Shown here piece by piece: positions 1 to 10,294 of a DNA stretch of 64,000 nt. The stretch is from an uncultured Acidobacteriota bacterium (lineage in GTDB: Bacteria; Acidobacteriota; Thermoanaerobaculia; Multivoradales; UBA5704). The position numbers and the translations under genes were made by a program. Under the pieces are notes generated by a model, which made no database searches, had not been told where the DNA came from, and was given only the letters and a program-made list of their open reading frames with translations. The stretch is from NCBI GenBank assembly GCA_963761805.1, contig CAVXIV010000018.1, positions 145,058-209,057 on the forward strand. Reading direction: 5' to 3'. Each line of letters begins with the position of its first letter. Position 1 is the stretch's first letter.

Positions 1-948
1 GACTGGACCGGCCTCGGCGCCTACACCGGGATCGGCAGCGTCATCTACACCCTCCTGCAACTCGGAACCGCCTGGCGCGAGCCGGACCTCTTCGCGGAAG
101 CCGAAGCGCTGGTCGAGACGCTGCCCGTCAAGATCGAGAAGGACGACCAGCTCGACCTGCTGAGCGGGTCGGCCGGCTGCCTGCTGGTCCTGCTGCAGCT
201 CCACGCCGTCCGCCCGTCGCGCCGGACGCTCGCCGCCGCCGTGCTCTGCGGCGAGCGGCTGCTCAGCCAGGCGAAGGAGATGGAGACCGGCCTCGGCTGG
301 CTGGTGCCCGGCGCCGGAGACAAGCCGCTGACCGGCCTCTCGCACGGCGCCGCGGGCATCGCCTGGGCCCTGGCGGAGCTGGCGGCGGTCACCGGCGAGG
401 AGCGCTTCCACGCGGCCTGCCGCGGCGCCCTGGCGTATGAAAGAAACCTTTTCTCGGCCGAGCAGAGGAACTGGCCGGATTTTCGGGAGGACACCCTGCG
501 GGAACGGCCGGACGCGGGCGTCGGCTTCATGTGCGCCTGGTGTCACGGCGCCCCGGGCATCGGGCTGGCGCGCCTGGCCTGTCTGCCGCTCCTCCCCGGG
601 CCCGAGCTTCACGCGGAGATCGCGGTCGCCGTGGAGACCACCCTCCGGGAGGGCTTCGGCACCAACCACAGCCTCTGTCACGGCGATCTCGGGAACCTGG
701 ACTTCGTGCTCGAAGCGAGCCGCCGGCTCGGGCGGGAGGACCTCGCCGCCCGTGTTCCGCGCATGGCCGCGGGCATCCTCCAGGGGATTGAAACGCACGG
801 CTGGCTCTCCGGCGCCATCGCGGCGCCCGAGATCCCGGGCCTGATGATGGGCACCGCCGGTATCGGGTATCAGCTTCTCCGTCTGGCCGCCGTGGACCAG
901 GTGCCGTCGATCCTCATGCTGGGGAAGCAGGAAGTCCAATGGGGGTAG
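1..948 (+). CDS. LanC-like lanthionine cyclase domain, 5'-truncated by the window edge (C-terminal domain of a LanM-type class II lanthipeptide synthetase, or a stand-alone LanC)
   Basis: Frame 1 is open from nt 1 to the stop at 946-948. The translation carries the three LanC signature blocks SHGAAGIAWAL, AWCHGAPGIG and LCHGDLGN. Confidence 0.85.
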   Translation, partial: DWTGLGAYTGIGSVIYTLLQLGTAWREPDLFAEAEALVETLPVKIEKDDQLDLLSGSAGCLLVLLQLHAVRPSRRTLAAAVLCGERLLSQAKEMETGLGWLVPGAGDKPLTGLSHGAAGIAWALAELAAVTGEERFHAACRGALAYERNLFSAEQRNWPDFREDTLRERPDAGVGFMCAWCHGAPGIGLARLACLPLLPGPELHAEIAVAVETTLREGFGTNHSLCHGDLGNLDFVLEASRRLGREDLAARVPRMAAGILQGIETHGWLSGAIAAPEIPGLMMGTAGIGYQLLRLAAVDQVPSILMLGKQEVQWG

Positions 949-1068
949 CCGATGGGTAGCCGATGATGTGGTAACCTTCTCCCGCACTTCTTGACATTGA
1001 ATATCGGGCTGCGGAGGACGTTCCCGGGAGACCCTGCGCTCTCCGGAAGCCCCATGGCGGAGGGGGAG

Positions 1069-2838
1069 ATGGTGATGGCTCATCGACGGCTGGCGCGGCT
1101 CGCTCTCTGGGCGTTGCTGCTGACGGTCTCCAACCCGGCCGTCCGGGCCCAGGCCCAGGCACCGGCATCGGTGCCTCCGGACTCGGACTTCGACGTGGTC
1201 CAGGTCGATCTGGAGGGGCAGCTCTTCAATCGGGTTCTGCCGTTCGACGTGCCGTTCATCCTCACCGGCACGATGCCCACAGGCTCCAACACCCTGGAGA
1301 TCCGGTGCTGGGAGCTGCCGCCCGACCGGGCCAAGAGCAGCGGCCATCCCGCGACGGCGGAGGACGTGACGTTGCGGCAGGATCCACGCAGCGAATGCTG
1401 GCCGGAAGGGAAGCCCCTGATCTGGCGCAACACGATCGACCCCAAGGCCGCCAACCCTACCTTCCGCCTGCTGGTGCCGAGGCTCGACGCCGAGAAGTTC
1501 TATCAGTTCAGGTTCAGCTTCGAGAAGAAGGTCACGCCGGAGGACGCCCAGGCTTTCGCCCAGGAGGTCCAGACGGTCGTCGACGGGACTCTGTGGGGGG
1601 ATCCGGGCAGCACCGCGGACCTGCCCTTGAGCGGCGATCTCACGGTGGACGAGATGCGGGCGATCCGGGACGGGCTCATCCAGGGGCTCCAGCAGGTGAC
1701 CGGCGCGGACCGCGTGACGGAGCCGGAGACGGTTTTCAATCCGGACACCCCTTTTGAAGCGGTCCGCGACGAATTCAACCGCCTCCTGCGCCCCGTTCGC
1801 AACGTCCAGGGGCAGGTCGCCGACGCGACGGAGGATTACGAGGACGAGATCGCGGATCTCAACCCGTCGCTGGCGCGGCTGCGGGCCGATCCGCTGCTGC
1901 AGAAGCTCGCCGCGGCCCTCGCGGCCCGGGCGGCGTCCGACCCCAGCGCCCAGGACCGTTCGGAAGAGGTGGCCGCCGCGCTGGCCGTGAAGGATGCGCC
2001 GGTGCTGCGGCGCAGCGACCGCCAGAGCGCGAACGCGCTGACGGGCTTCGTACAACGGAGCGCGCCCTACTTCGCCGATGCCGCGGCCAGGATGTCCAAA
2101 CTGCAGGACCTGCTCGCCAACAAGCTGGTGGGGGACGACGGCGCGCCCCGGCCCTTCGCGCAACCCCTCGTCGCCTCCGGCCAGCTCACGGCGGACGACC
2201 TCGCGCGGCTGGCCGACATGGGCCAGCCGGCCCAGCCGGTGGGCAGCGCGAGCCGGGCCCTGACGCGAGCGGGCGGGCTCCTCAGCAACCGTCTCGCGGG
2301 GAGCCTCGGCAGCCGCGCGTCCACGATCGCCGCCGCGGCCGAGGCGTACCGCACGCTGGTGGAGGGCATCTCCCTCATCGCGGGCTCGACCACCGGCAGC
2401 TTCCAGACCCAGAGCCGGAACTACATCAGCGCCGATACCGGCGTCGTCTGCACGCCCGAGCTCAGCGAGTGCAACACCTACGTCGGCACCAACATCTATT
2501 TCCGGCCGGTCAACAAGGCGGCTCCGTTGAATCAGTTCGGAGGGTTCTTCCAGACGCTCGACCGCAGGGTCTCGGTCACGCTCGGCCTCACCGTCCAGGG
2601 CGTGGGCGACGAAAAGACCCGCGACGACCTGTTCAACAACCAGTCGCTGATCGTGGGGCTGGGCGCCCGCATGACCAACTCGGTGCGGTTGACGGCGGGC
2701 GGCCTGCTCTTCAAGAAGCGGGACCCCAACCCGCTGGTCGACGATGAGTCGCTGACCACGACGTATTTCTTTTCGTTCTCCTTCGACATCGATGTGGCGC
2801 CGGCGATGCAAGGGATCGGCAGCCTCTTCAAGCAGTGA
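1069..2838 (+). CDS. hypothetical secreted protein, about 590 aa
   Basis: Long ORF (track 991-2838, TTG at 991). ATG at 1069/1075 follows GGAGGGGGAG and opens a signal-peptide-like segment RRLARLALWALLLTVSNPAVRAQAQA. No family recognised. Confidence 0.55.
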   Translation: MVMAHRRLARLALWALLLTVSNPAVRAQAQAPASVPPDSDFDVVQVDLEGQLFNRVLPFDVPFILTGTMPTGSNTLEIRCWELPPDRAKSSGHPATAEDVTLRQDPRSECWPEGKPLIWRNTIDPKAANPTFRLLVPRLDAEKFYQFRFSFEKKVTPEDAQAFAQEVQTVVDGTLWGDPGSTADLPLSGDLTVDEMRAIRDGLIQGLQQVTGADRVTEPETVFNPDTPFEAVRDEFNRLLRPVRNVQGQVADATEDYEDEIADLNPSLARLRADPLLQKLAAALAARAASDPSAQDRSEEVAAALAVKDAPVLRRSDRQSANALTGFVQRSAPYFADAAARMSKLQDLLANKLVGDDGAPRPFAQPLVASGQLTADDLARLADMGQPAQPVGSASRALTRAGGLLSNRLAGSLGSRASTIAAAAEAYRTLVEGISLIAGSTTGSFQTQSRNYISADTGVVCTPELSECNTYVGTNIYFRPVNKAAPLNQFGGFFQTLDRRVSVTLGLTVQGVGDEKTRDDLFNNQSLIVGLGARMTNSVRLTAGGLLFKKRDPNPLVDDESLTTTYFFSFSFDIDVAPAMQGIGSLFKQ

Positions 2839-2859
2839 AGCGGATGGGAGGAAATCCTG

Positions 2860-3210
2860 ATGGCGATCGTGATCGATGAAAATCTGACGGCGTCTCCCAC
2901 GAACACGCGCCTGCCCAGCGGTCCGATCACCCTGCGGCAGACCCTGCGTTCCGACCTGGGGAACGAAACGGTCAGCATCACCTACACGCTCGACGGGCGC
3001 CACAACGTCTGTTTCCAGACGGCGAAGGGGCAGGTCAAGCAGATCCAGATCAACGGCCTGAAGATCCCCGGCGCCGCCATCGAGCGGTCCGACACCGTGG
3101 CGCTGGTGGAGGTGGGTGGCGGCACCGAGATGGGCCAGATCATCATCCGGCAGACGATCCGCGGCGAGAACACCGCCCGCGACAGCGTCACCCTCACGGT
3201 CCTGGAATGA
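2860..3210 (+). CDS. hypothetical protein, 116 aa
   Basis: ATG preceded by GGGAGGAAA, 21 nt after the upstream stop. No motif recognised. Confidence 0.45.
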   Translation: MAIVIDENLTASPTNTRLPSGPITLRQTLRSDLGNETVSITYTLDGRHNVCFQTAKGQVKQIQINGLKIPGAAIERSDTVALVEVGGGTEMGQIIIRQTIRGENTARDSVTLTVLE

Positions 3211-3235
3211 TCGGGAAGAGATGGATGAAGACGTC

Positions 3236-4270
3236 ATGAAACACCGTCGTTGCATCGCCCTGGCGCTGAGCGCAATCTTTTTCGCCGCCTGCTACGACTC
3301 GTCGGATTACTCGCCGACCGGGACGCTGGTGGACCGTATCGTGGTGCTGAACGTCGCGAACGGCGCCACCAGCCTGCCGGCGGACGGCTTCTCCCGCCTG
3401 CGCATCGAGGCCCGGCTGCAGGGCGATCCCGATTTCGCCAAGCGCAATGTCGTCTTTTCGACCTCCAACGGCACGCTCGAGGGCGGCACGGCGGTCGCCA
3501 ACTGCAACGGCTGCCGGACGGTGCCGGCGGACGGCAACGGCGTCGCTACAATCGACCTGGTGAGCTCGCAGCAGTTGGGGAGCGCGGTCGTCCGCGCCTG
3601 GCCGGCGGATGCGCCGGGCATCACGGCTTCCCTGAACCTCGACTTCGGGCCGGCCCAGCCGGATCAGACCGTCCAGTTTGTCGCGGCTCCCGACCGGGCG
3701 CCCGCCGACGGGGCTTCGATTTCCACGTTCACGGTCGGGATCTCGCCGTCGCTGCCCGCCGGGGCGCGCAAGGTGACGTTCCAGACGACCGCCGGCACCT
3801 TCGCGCCCGCCAACACGGCGTCGGTCCAGGTGGACGCCGACGCCGGTGGGCGCGCCTCGGCGGACCTGGTGAGCCCGCGGCAGATCACAACGGCCCGGGT
3901 GACGGCCACGGTGAACGGCGTGACCCGCGAAGCCTCGATCCGCTTCGAGCGGGCCTTGCCGAACACCATCACGGCCGCCGTGGACACGCCGGTCGCCACG
4001 GCCGCCGCCAACACCAAGATCCATGTCACCGCGACCCTGCTGCGCAACGTGGGCGCCGTCAGCGACGGGACGGTGGTGACCTTCCGGGCCACGAAGGCGG
4101 ACGGTACGCCGATAGGTATCTTCACCAACGTCACCACCACCACGAACGGCACCGCCGCGGCGGATTTCCTGCCCAACACCACCGAGGCGGGCACGGTGAC
4201 GATCACCGTCGGCGCGCAGGACACCAGCGTCACGGGCACCGTGACGGTCGTGCTCACGGCTGGAAGCTGA
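3236..4270 (+). CDS. lipoprotein with repeated bacterial Ig-like (invasin/Big-type) segments
   Basis: Internal ATG at 3236 gives MKHRRCIALALSAIFFAAC (lipobox-like FAAC). The rest is repetitive T/A/V-rich beta-strand sequence typical of Big domains (e.g. SAVVRAWPADAPGITASLNLDF, ARVTATVNGVTREASIRF). Confidence 0.6.
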   Translation: MKHRRCIALALSAIFFAACYDSSDYSPTGTLVDRIVVLNVANGATSLPADGFSRLRIEARLQGDPDFAKRNVVFSTSNGTLEGGTAVANCNGCRTVPADGNGVATIDLVSSQQLGSAVVRAWPADAPGITASLNLDFGPAQPDQTVQFVAAPDRAPADGASISTFTVGISPSLPAGARKVTFQTTAGTFAPANTASVQVDADAGGRASADLVSPRQITTARVTATVNGVTREASIRFERALPNTITAAVDTPVATAAANTKIHVTATLLRNVGAVSDGTVVTFRATKADGTPIGIFTNVTTTTNGTAAADFLPNTTEAGTVTITVGAQDTSVTGTVTVVLTAGS

Positions 4271-4282
4271 TAGAAGGGCTGC

Positions 4283-4753
4283 ATGACGCACACACCCGAT
4301 TACCAGGCCATCGATTACCAGGCCATGCTCCGCGTGGCCATCGAAGAGGCGCGGCAGGGGCTCGCCGAGGGGGGCATCCCCATCGGCGCGGCCCTGTTCG
4401 ATCGCAACGGGCGTCTGCTCGGACGCGGGCACAACCGCCGCGTGCAGGAGGACGACCCTTCCATCCATGGCGAGACCGACGCCTTCCGCAAGGCCGGCCG
4501 GCAGGCCAGCTACCGCGACACGATCATGGTCACGACGCTGGCGCCCTGCTGGTACTGCAGCGGGCTCGTGCGCCAGTTCAAGATCGGCACGGTGGTGGTG
4601 GGGGAGTCGGTCAACTTCGCCGGCGGCGTCCACTGGCTGCGCGAGAACGGGGTCGAGGTGATCGACCTCGAATCGGAGGAGTGCGTCCGCATGCTGGCGG
4701 ACTTCATCGCGGCCAACCCCGCGTCTGGAACGAGGACATCGGAGAGGATCTGA
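4283..4753 (+). CDS. cytosine deaminase-like CMP/dCMP-type zinc deaminase (yeast FCY1-like)
   Basis: HGETDAF and PCWYCSG zinc-binding motifs. Overall collinear with FCY1-type deaminases as I remember them. The expected C-terminal WNEDIGE is read in a different frame (track ORF 3250-4800), suggesting a frameshift near 4720. Confidence 0.8.
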   Translation: MTHTPDYQAIDYQAMLRVAIEEARQGLAEGGIPIGAALFDRNGRLLGRGHNRRVQEDDPSIHGETDAFRKAGRQASYRDTIMVTTLAPCWYCSGLVRQFKIGTVVVGESVNFAGGVHWLRENGVEVIDLESEECVRMLADFIAANPASGTRTSERI

Positions 4754-4796
4754 AGAGTTTCCGGCTTAGAATGTCCGCGCTCCGAAGGAGACGCGC

Positions 4797-5691
4797 ATGA
4801 AGCCGGCCCCGTTCGAGTACCTGGCGCCCGACTCGCTGGACGCCGCCCTGGACGTCCTCGCCTCGCAACGGCGGGGACGCGAAGCTGCTGGCCGGGGGGC
4901 AGAGCCTGATCCCGGTGATGAACTTCCGGCTGGCGCAGCCGGCCCTCCTGATCGACCTGAACCGCCTGCGCGAGCTCGACTACGTCCGGCGCGACGGTCA
5001 GGACGGCGGCCTGCGCATCGGCGCCATGACCCGCCAGCGCAGTCTGGAGCGCGATCCCCTCGTGGCGGAGCTGGCGCCGCTGCTGCGCGAGGCCGTTCCC
5101 TTCATCGCCCATCCCCAGATCCGCAACCGGGGCACCATGGGCGGCAGCCTCGCCCACGCCGATCCCGCCGCCGAGCTGCCGGCCGTGGCCGTGGCCCTCG
5201 GCGCCCGGTTCCGGCTCCGGCGCGGCGCCGGCGAGCGCTGGGTCGAGGCCCGCGACTTCTTCTCCGGACTGCTCTCCACCGTCCTCGAGCCCGACGAGAT
5301 GCTGGTCGAGGTGGCCCTGCCGCCGCCCGCGCCGAGCACCGGCTGGGCCTTCCTGGAGATCGCCCGCCGGCACGGCGACTATGCCCAGGTGGGAATCGCC
5401 GCCGGGATCACCCTCGACGAGGCGGGCCGCTGCCGGGAGGCGCGGCTGGTCTATCTGAGCGTGGGGGACCGCCCGGTCGAGGCGCGGGAGGCGGCCCGGA
5501 TGCTCGCGGGCGCCGAGGTTACGGACGAGGCGATCACGGCGGCGGCGGAGAAGGCGGCGTCGGACGAGATGGACCCGCACGGCGACATCCACGCCTCGGG
5601 GGACTTCAAGCGGCACCTGGCCCGCGTGCTCACCGGCCGGGCGCTGCGGCGGGCCGTCGCCCGCGCGAAAGGAGAGGCGACACCGCAATGA
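4797..5691 (+). pseudogene. xanthine dehydrogenase/CO dehydrogenase family FAD-binding medium subunit (CoxM-like), one frameshift near 4865-4915
   Basis: N-terminus MKPAPFEYLAPDSLDAALDVLA is in frame 0; the continuation ...MNFRLAQPALLIDLNRL...GTMGGSLAHADPAAELP is in frame 1 (track ORF 4915-5691). SD AAGGAG lies before ATG 4797. Confidence 0.8.
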
Positions 5692-6176
5692 CGGCTCCGC
5701 ACCGGGTCTCCTGCACTGTCAACGGCAAATCCTGCGAGCGCGAGGTCGAGCCGCGCCTCCTGCTCTCGGACTTCCTCCGCCACGACCTCGGGCTGACCGG
5801 CACGCACGTAGGCTGCGAGCACGGGGTGTGCGGCGCCTGCACCATCCTGGTGGACGGCGAGCCGGTGCGCTCCTGCCTGATGCTGGCCGTGCAGGCTGAA
5901 GGCCGCGAGCTGACCACGGTCGAGGGTCTGACGCCCGTCCCCGGCGAGCTTCATCCGCTCCAGCAGGCCTTCTGGGAGGCGCACGGACTCCAGTGCGGCT
6001 TCTGCACGCCCGGGTTCCTGATGACCCTCGTGCCCTTCCTGGAACAGAACCCCGATCCGACCGAGACGGAGATCCGCCACGCGATCTCCGGGAACCTCTG
6101 CCGCTGCACCGGCTATCAGCACATCGTGGACGCGGTGAAGCTGGCGGCGGAGAGGGCGCGGCGGGGGACGGAGTGA
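5688..6176 (+). CDS. [2Fe-2S]-binding small subunit of xanthine dehydrogenase/CO dehydrogenase family (CoxS-like)
   Basis: MTAPHRVSCTVNG..., CEHGVCGACT and CGFCTPG...CRCTGY cluster motifs. The ATG overlaps the upstream stop (ATGA). Confidence 0.9.
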   Translation: MTAPHRVSCTVNGKSCEREVEPRLLLSDFLRHDLGLTGTHVGCEHGVCGACTILVDGEPVRSCLMLAVQAEGRELTTVEGLTPVPGELHPLQQAFWEAHGLQCGFCTPGFLMTLVPFLEQNPDPTETEIRHAISGNLCRCTGYQHIVDAVKLAAERARRGTE

Positions 6177-7363
6177 TCGCCGATCTGGAGAGCCTGGAAG
6201 CCCGGTTCGCGGCACGCGAGCCGTCCGTCCAGGCTTTCCTGCCCGAGGAGGGCCGCTTCGAGCGCCTGCGCCGCGAGGCCGGTTCGCCGGACATCCTCCT
6301 CGGGGTCAAGGACATCTTCCATGTGGACGGCTTCCCGACCCGCGCCGGCAGCCGCCTGCCCCCGGAGGAGCTGCGCGGGCCGGAGGGGCCGGCCGTCGCC
6401 GCCCTGCGGAAGCACGGCGCCCTGATCGTGGGCAAGACGGTTTCCACCGAGTTCGCCTACTTCGCGCCGGGACCCACCCGCAATCCGCACGACCCGGAGC
6501 GCACCCCCGGCGGATCGAGCAGCGGCTCGGCGGCGGCGGTGGCGGCGGGCCTCTGCACGCTGGCGCTCGGTACGCAGACCATCGGATCGATCATCCGGCC
6601 GGCGGCCTTCTGCGGCGTGGTCGGCTTCAAGCCCAGCTACGGCCGGATTTCCACCGAAGGCGTGATCCCGCTCGCTCCGTCGCTCGATCACGTCGGCACC
6701 TTCACCGCCGACGTGGCGGGCGCGGCTCTCGCGGCGGCGATCCTCTGCCGGGACTGGACGCCCGTGGAGCCGTCCCGCCGGCCGGTGCTGGGGATTCCCG
6801 AAGGCCCGTATCTCGACCGGCCTGCGGAGGAGGGCAAGGCCTGCTTCCGCGCCACCTGCCAACGGCTCGCGGACGCCGGCTTCGAGGTCCGGTCCGCGCC
6901 CACCATGCCGGGCTTCGAGGAGATCGTGACGCGGCACCGCCGGCTGGTCGCGGCCGAGGCCGCGCGGGTCCACCGGGACTGGTTTCCGCGCTTCCGCGAT
7001 CTGTACGCGCCGCAGACGGTGGAGCTGATCGAGCGCGGTCAGGAAGTCTCGGAGGAGGAGATGGAGCGCGACCGCGCCGGGCGGGAGTCGCTGCGCCGGG
7101 AGCTGACCGCCGCGATGGACGCGCACGGGATCGACCTCTGGATCTCGCCGCCGGCCCTCGGCCCCGCGCCCCGGGGACTCGGCAACACGGGCGATCCGAT
7201 CATGAACCTGCCCTGGACCCACGCCGGCCTGCCGACCCTCGGCATCCCCGCGGGCCTGAGCGCCGAGGGGATGCCCATGGGGCTTCAGGTCGCCGGCCGC
7301 TGGTGGGAGGACGCGGCCCTGCTGGCCTGGGGGATCGATATCGAAAGGGCGCTGCGGCCATGA
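6173..7363 (+). CDS. amidase (amidase-signature family, GatA-like)
   Basis: GGSSSGSAAAVAAG signature. GTG at 6173 overlaps the CoxS stop (GTGA). Confidence 0.85.
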   Translation: MIADLESLEARFAAREPSVQAFLPEEGRFERLRREAGSPDILLGVKDIFHVDGFPTRAGSRLPPEELRGPEGPAVAALRKHGALIVGKTVSTEFAYFAPGPTRNPHDPERTPGGSSSGSAAAVAAGLCTLALGTQTIGSIIRPAAFCGVVGFKPSYGRISTEGVIPLAPSLDHVGTFTADVAGAALAAAILCRDWTPVEPSRRPVLGIPEGPYLDRPAEEGKACFRATCQRLADAGFEVRSAPTMPGFEEIVTRHRRLVAAEAARVHRDWFPRFRDLYAPQTVELIERGQEVSEEEMERDRAGRESLRRELTAAMDAHGIDLWISPPALGPAPRGLGNTGDPIMNLPWTHAGLPTLGIPAGLSAEGMPMGLQVAGRWWEDAALLAWGIDIERALRP

Positions 7364-9032
7364 TTCTGGGAGAGATGATTCCGGGCGAGGTCACGCGCTG
7401 CGCCGTGCGCGCCGGCTCCTACCACGACTCGATCGTGCTGATGCGGCTCCAGCAGGCGCTCGCCACGCTGCCCGGGGTGCTCGACGCCGGGGTGGTGATG
7501 GCCACGCAGACCAACCTCGAAGTGCTCGCGGCCGGCGGACTGGAAGTCGATGTGAAGGCTGGCCCGGACGACCTGCTGGTGGCGGTCAGGGCCGAGAGCG
7601 ACGAGGCGGCGGCCGAGGCGCTGTCGCGGGTGGACGCCCTGCTGCGGGTGCGCGGCGCGTCCGCCGGAGCCGCCGGCGAGCACCGGCCCCGCAGCCTGGC
7701 CACGGCCCTCAAGCAGCTCCCCGAGGCACGCTGGGTCCTGGTCTCGGTCCCCGGCCGCTACGCCGCGGACGTGGCCCAGGAAGCCCTCGACCGCGACCGC
7801 AACGTCTTCCTGTACAGCGACAACGTGCCGCTCGGCCGCGAGGCGGCGCTCAAACGTCAGGCGCGGGAGAAGGGCCTGCTCGTGATGGGGCCGGACTGCG
7901 GCACGGCGTGGCTCGGCGGCGTCGGGCTCGGCTTCGCCAACCGGGTGCGCCGCGGATCGATCGGTCTGATCGGCGCTTCGGGCACCGGGCTCCAGGCTGT
8001 CATGAGTGAGATCCATGCCCACGGCTCCGGGATCTCGCAGGCGATCGGCACCGGCGGACGCGACCTGTCCCCAGACGTCGGCGGGATCACGGCCGTCCAG
8101 GCGCTCGATCTCCTCGGCCGGGACCCGGAGACGCGCGTGATCGTGCTGATCTCCAAGCCGCCCGCTCCGGAGGTCTCCGCCCGCCTGCTCGCCCTGGCCC
8201 GGTCCACGGGCAAACCGGTCGTGGTCCAATTCCTCGGCGCACCGCTCCCGGGACGCCAGATTGGAAACCTTATTTCGCCGCCACCCTGAGCGAGGCGGCG
8301 GAGACGGCGGTCCAGTTGGACAAGAGGTGGAGACCGGAGCCGGACGATCTGTTGCGAAGGCAAGGATTCCTGCGCGGCCTGTTCTCCGGCGGCACGCTGG
8401 CCTACGAGGCGTTGCTGGGGCTCTCGGCGATGCTTGCCCCCATCTATTCGAATCTTTCCTCCAGGCCGGAGTCCCGAGGGGGGCACGCCATCCTCGACCT
8501 GGGCGCGGACGAATTCACCGTCGGCCGTCTGCATCCGATGATCGATCAGGACCTGCGCCTGCGGCGTTTGCGCCAGGAGGCGGCCGACCCGGAAGTCGGC
8601 TTGATCCTGCTGGACGTCGTCCTCGGCGAGGGGGCGCACGCCGATCCGGCCGGAGAGCTGGCGCCCGTGATCGCCCAGATCCTCGCACACAGGGATCTCG
8701 ATGTCGTCGTGATCGTGATCGGCACGGAGGACGACCCCCAGGGCCTGGCGGTCCAGATCGAGACGCTGGAGACGGCCGGCGCGCGGGTCTTCCGCACGGT
8801 GACGGACGCGGTGGCGTGGGTTTCCGAGAGACTGGCGGCCACCGCCGAGCCTGAAGGAGCCGCCGTACCGCTGGAGACGGTCCAGGGTCCCCTGGCCGCC
8901 GTCAACGTCGGCCTGGAATCGTTCCACGCCAGCCTGCTCGCCCAGGGCGCCGCGGCTATCCAGGTGGACTGGCGTCCGCCCGCCGGCGGCGACGAGCGGC
9001 TGGCCGGCATCCTCGCGAGGATGAAGCGATGA
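7360..9032 (+). pseudogene. fdrA: FdrA-like acyl-CoA synthetase (succinyl-CoA synthetase alpha-like fold), one frameshift near 8265-8285
   Basis: MILGEMIPGEV...GLIGASGTGLQ...AIGTGGRDL are in frame 1; the continuation TLSEAAETAVQL...FSGGTLAYEA...LHPMIDQDLR is in frame 0 (track ORF 8316-9032). The join reads NL(Y)FAATLSEAA if one base is restored. Confidence 0.8.
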
Positions 9033-10277
9033 TCGACATCGAGAGCGCCAACCGCGCCGCCATGGAGCGCATGACGTCCACGCGGCCCGTCCTCACCGGC
9101 CTGGGCTCCGCGCGCGACGTGATCCCCGGCATGCGCGACAACCTGCTGCTGCACGCCGGGCCGCCGATCGAATGGGAGCGGATGTCGGGGCCCCTGCGCG
9201 GCGCGGCGATCGGCGCGCTGATCTACGAAGGGCTGGCGCGGGACGAGGCCGGCGCCGTCGCGATGGTCGAGCGGGGCGAGGTCGCCTTCGAGCCCTGCCA
9301 CCATCACGGCGCGGTCGGTCCCATGGCCGGCGTGATCTCATCCTCCATGCAGGTCTACGTCGTCGAGGACGAGACCCACGGCCGCCGCTCCTTCTCCAAC
9401 CTCAACGAGGGCTATGGAAAGGTTTTGCGCTACGGCGCCTTCAGCGGCGAGGTCCTGGACAAGCTGCGCTGGATGAACGGGCGGTGGCGCCACCGTCCTC
9501 GCCCGCGCGGTCGAGCGCCTGGGCGGCATCGACCTGCGGGCGCTGATCGCCGAGGCGCTGCACATGGGCGACGAGGGGCACAACCGCAACAAGGCGGGCT
9601 CGCTGCTGTTCCTCAAGCTGCTGGCGCCGGCCATCGCCCGCGTCGCGCCCGAGAGCTCGCTCCAGGCCGAGATCCTGCGAGTTCCTGGGCGAACAATCCG
9701 CTCTCGGTGCTCAACCCGGTCATGGCGGCCTGCAAGGCGATGGCGGACGCGGCGCACGGCGTGGAGGGGAGCACGATCGTCTCCACCATGGCGCGCAACG
9801 GCACGGATTTCGGCATCCGGGTGAGCGGCCTGGGCGACGCGTGGTTCACCGCCCCGGCCCAGGTGCCGGACGGCCTCTACTTCCCCGGCTTCACGTCGCG
9901 ACGACGCCAATCCCGACATCGGCGACAGCACCATCACCGAGACCGCCGGCATCGGCGCCTTCGCCATGGCGGCGGCGCCGGCGATCGTCACCTTCATCGG
10001 CGGCTCGCCCCAGGACGCCCTGCACGCCACCCTGGAGATGTACGAGATCACCGCCGCCGAGCACGAGCACTTCAACATCCCGGCCCTGGGCTTCCGGGGC
10101 ACGCCCGTGGGCATCGACCTGCGCAAGGTGGTGGAGCTCGGCATCACGCCGCGGGTCAACACCGGCATCGCCCACCGGCAGGCCGGCGTCGGCCAGGTGG
10201 GCGCCGGGCTGGTGCGGCCGCCGATGGCGGTCTTCGAAGCGGCGCTGGTCGCGTTCGCGGAGCGCTATGGGTTCTGA
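9029..10277 (+). pseudogene. DUF1116 (YlbE-like) protein, usual partner of FdrA, with at least three frameshifts (about 9480, 9690, 9900)
   Basis: Collinear pieces lie in three frames: MIDIESANRAA...HHHGAVGPMAG; GGATVLARAVERLGGIDLRALIAEALHMGDEGHNRN; NNPLSVLNPVMAACKAMADAAHG; DANPDIGDSTITETAGIGAFAMAAAPAIV...ERYGF. Confidence 0.7.
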
Positions 10278-10294
10278 TCCCGAAAGGAGGAGCG

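Noticed and set aside
3194-5688. Long track ORFs 3194-4633 (-), 3250-4800 (+), 4510-5688 (-) and similar Arg/Gly/Pro-rich translations
   Set aside because: These are shadow ORFs typical of high-GC DNA. They overlap genes with clear motifs (Ig-like lipoprotein, deaminase, coxM) and their translations are low-complexity R/G/P/A strings with no motifs.
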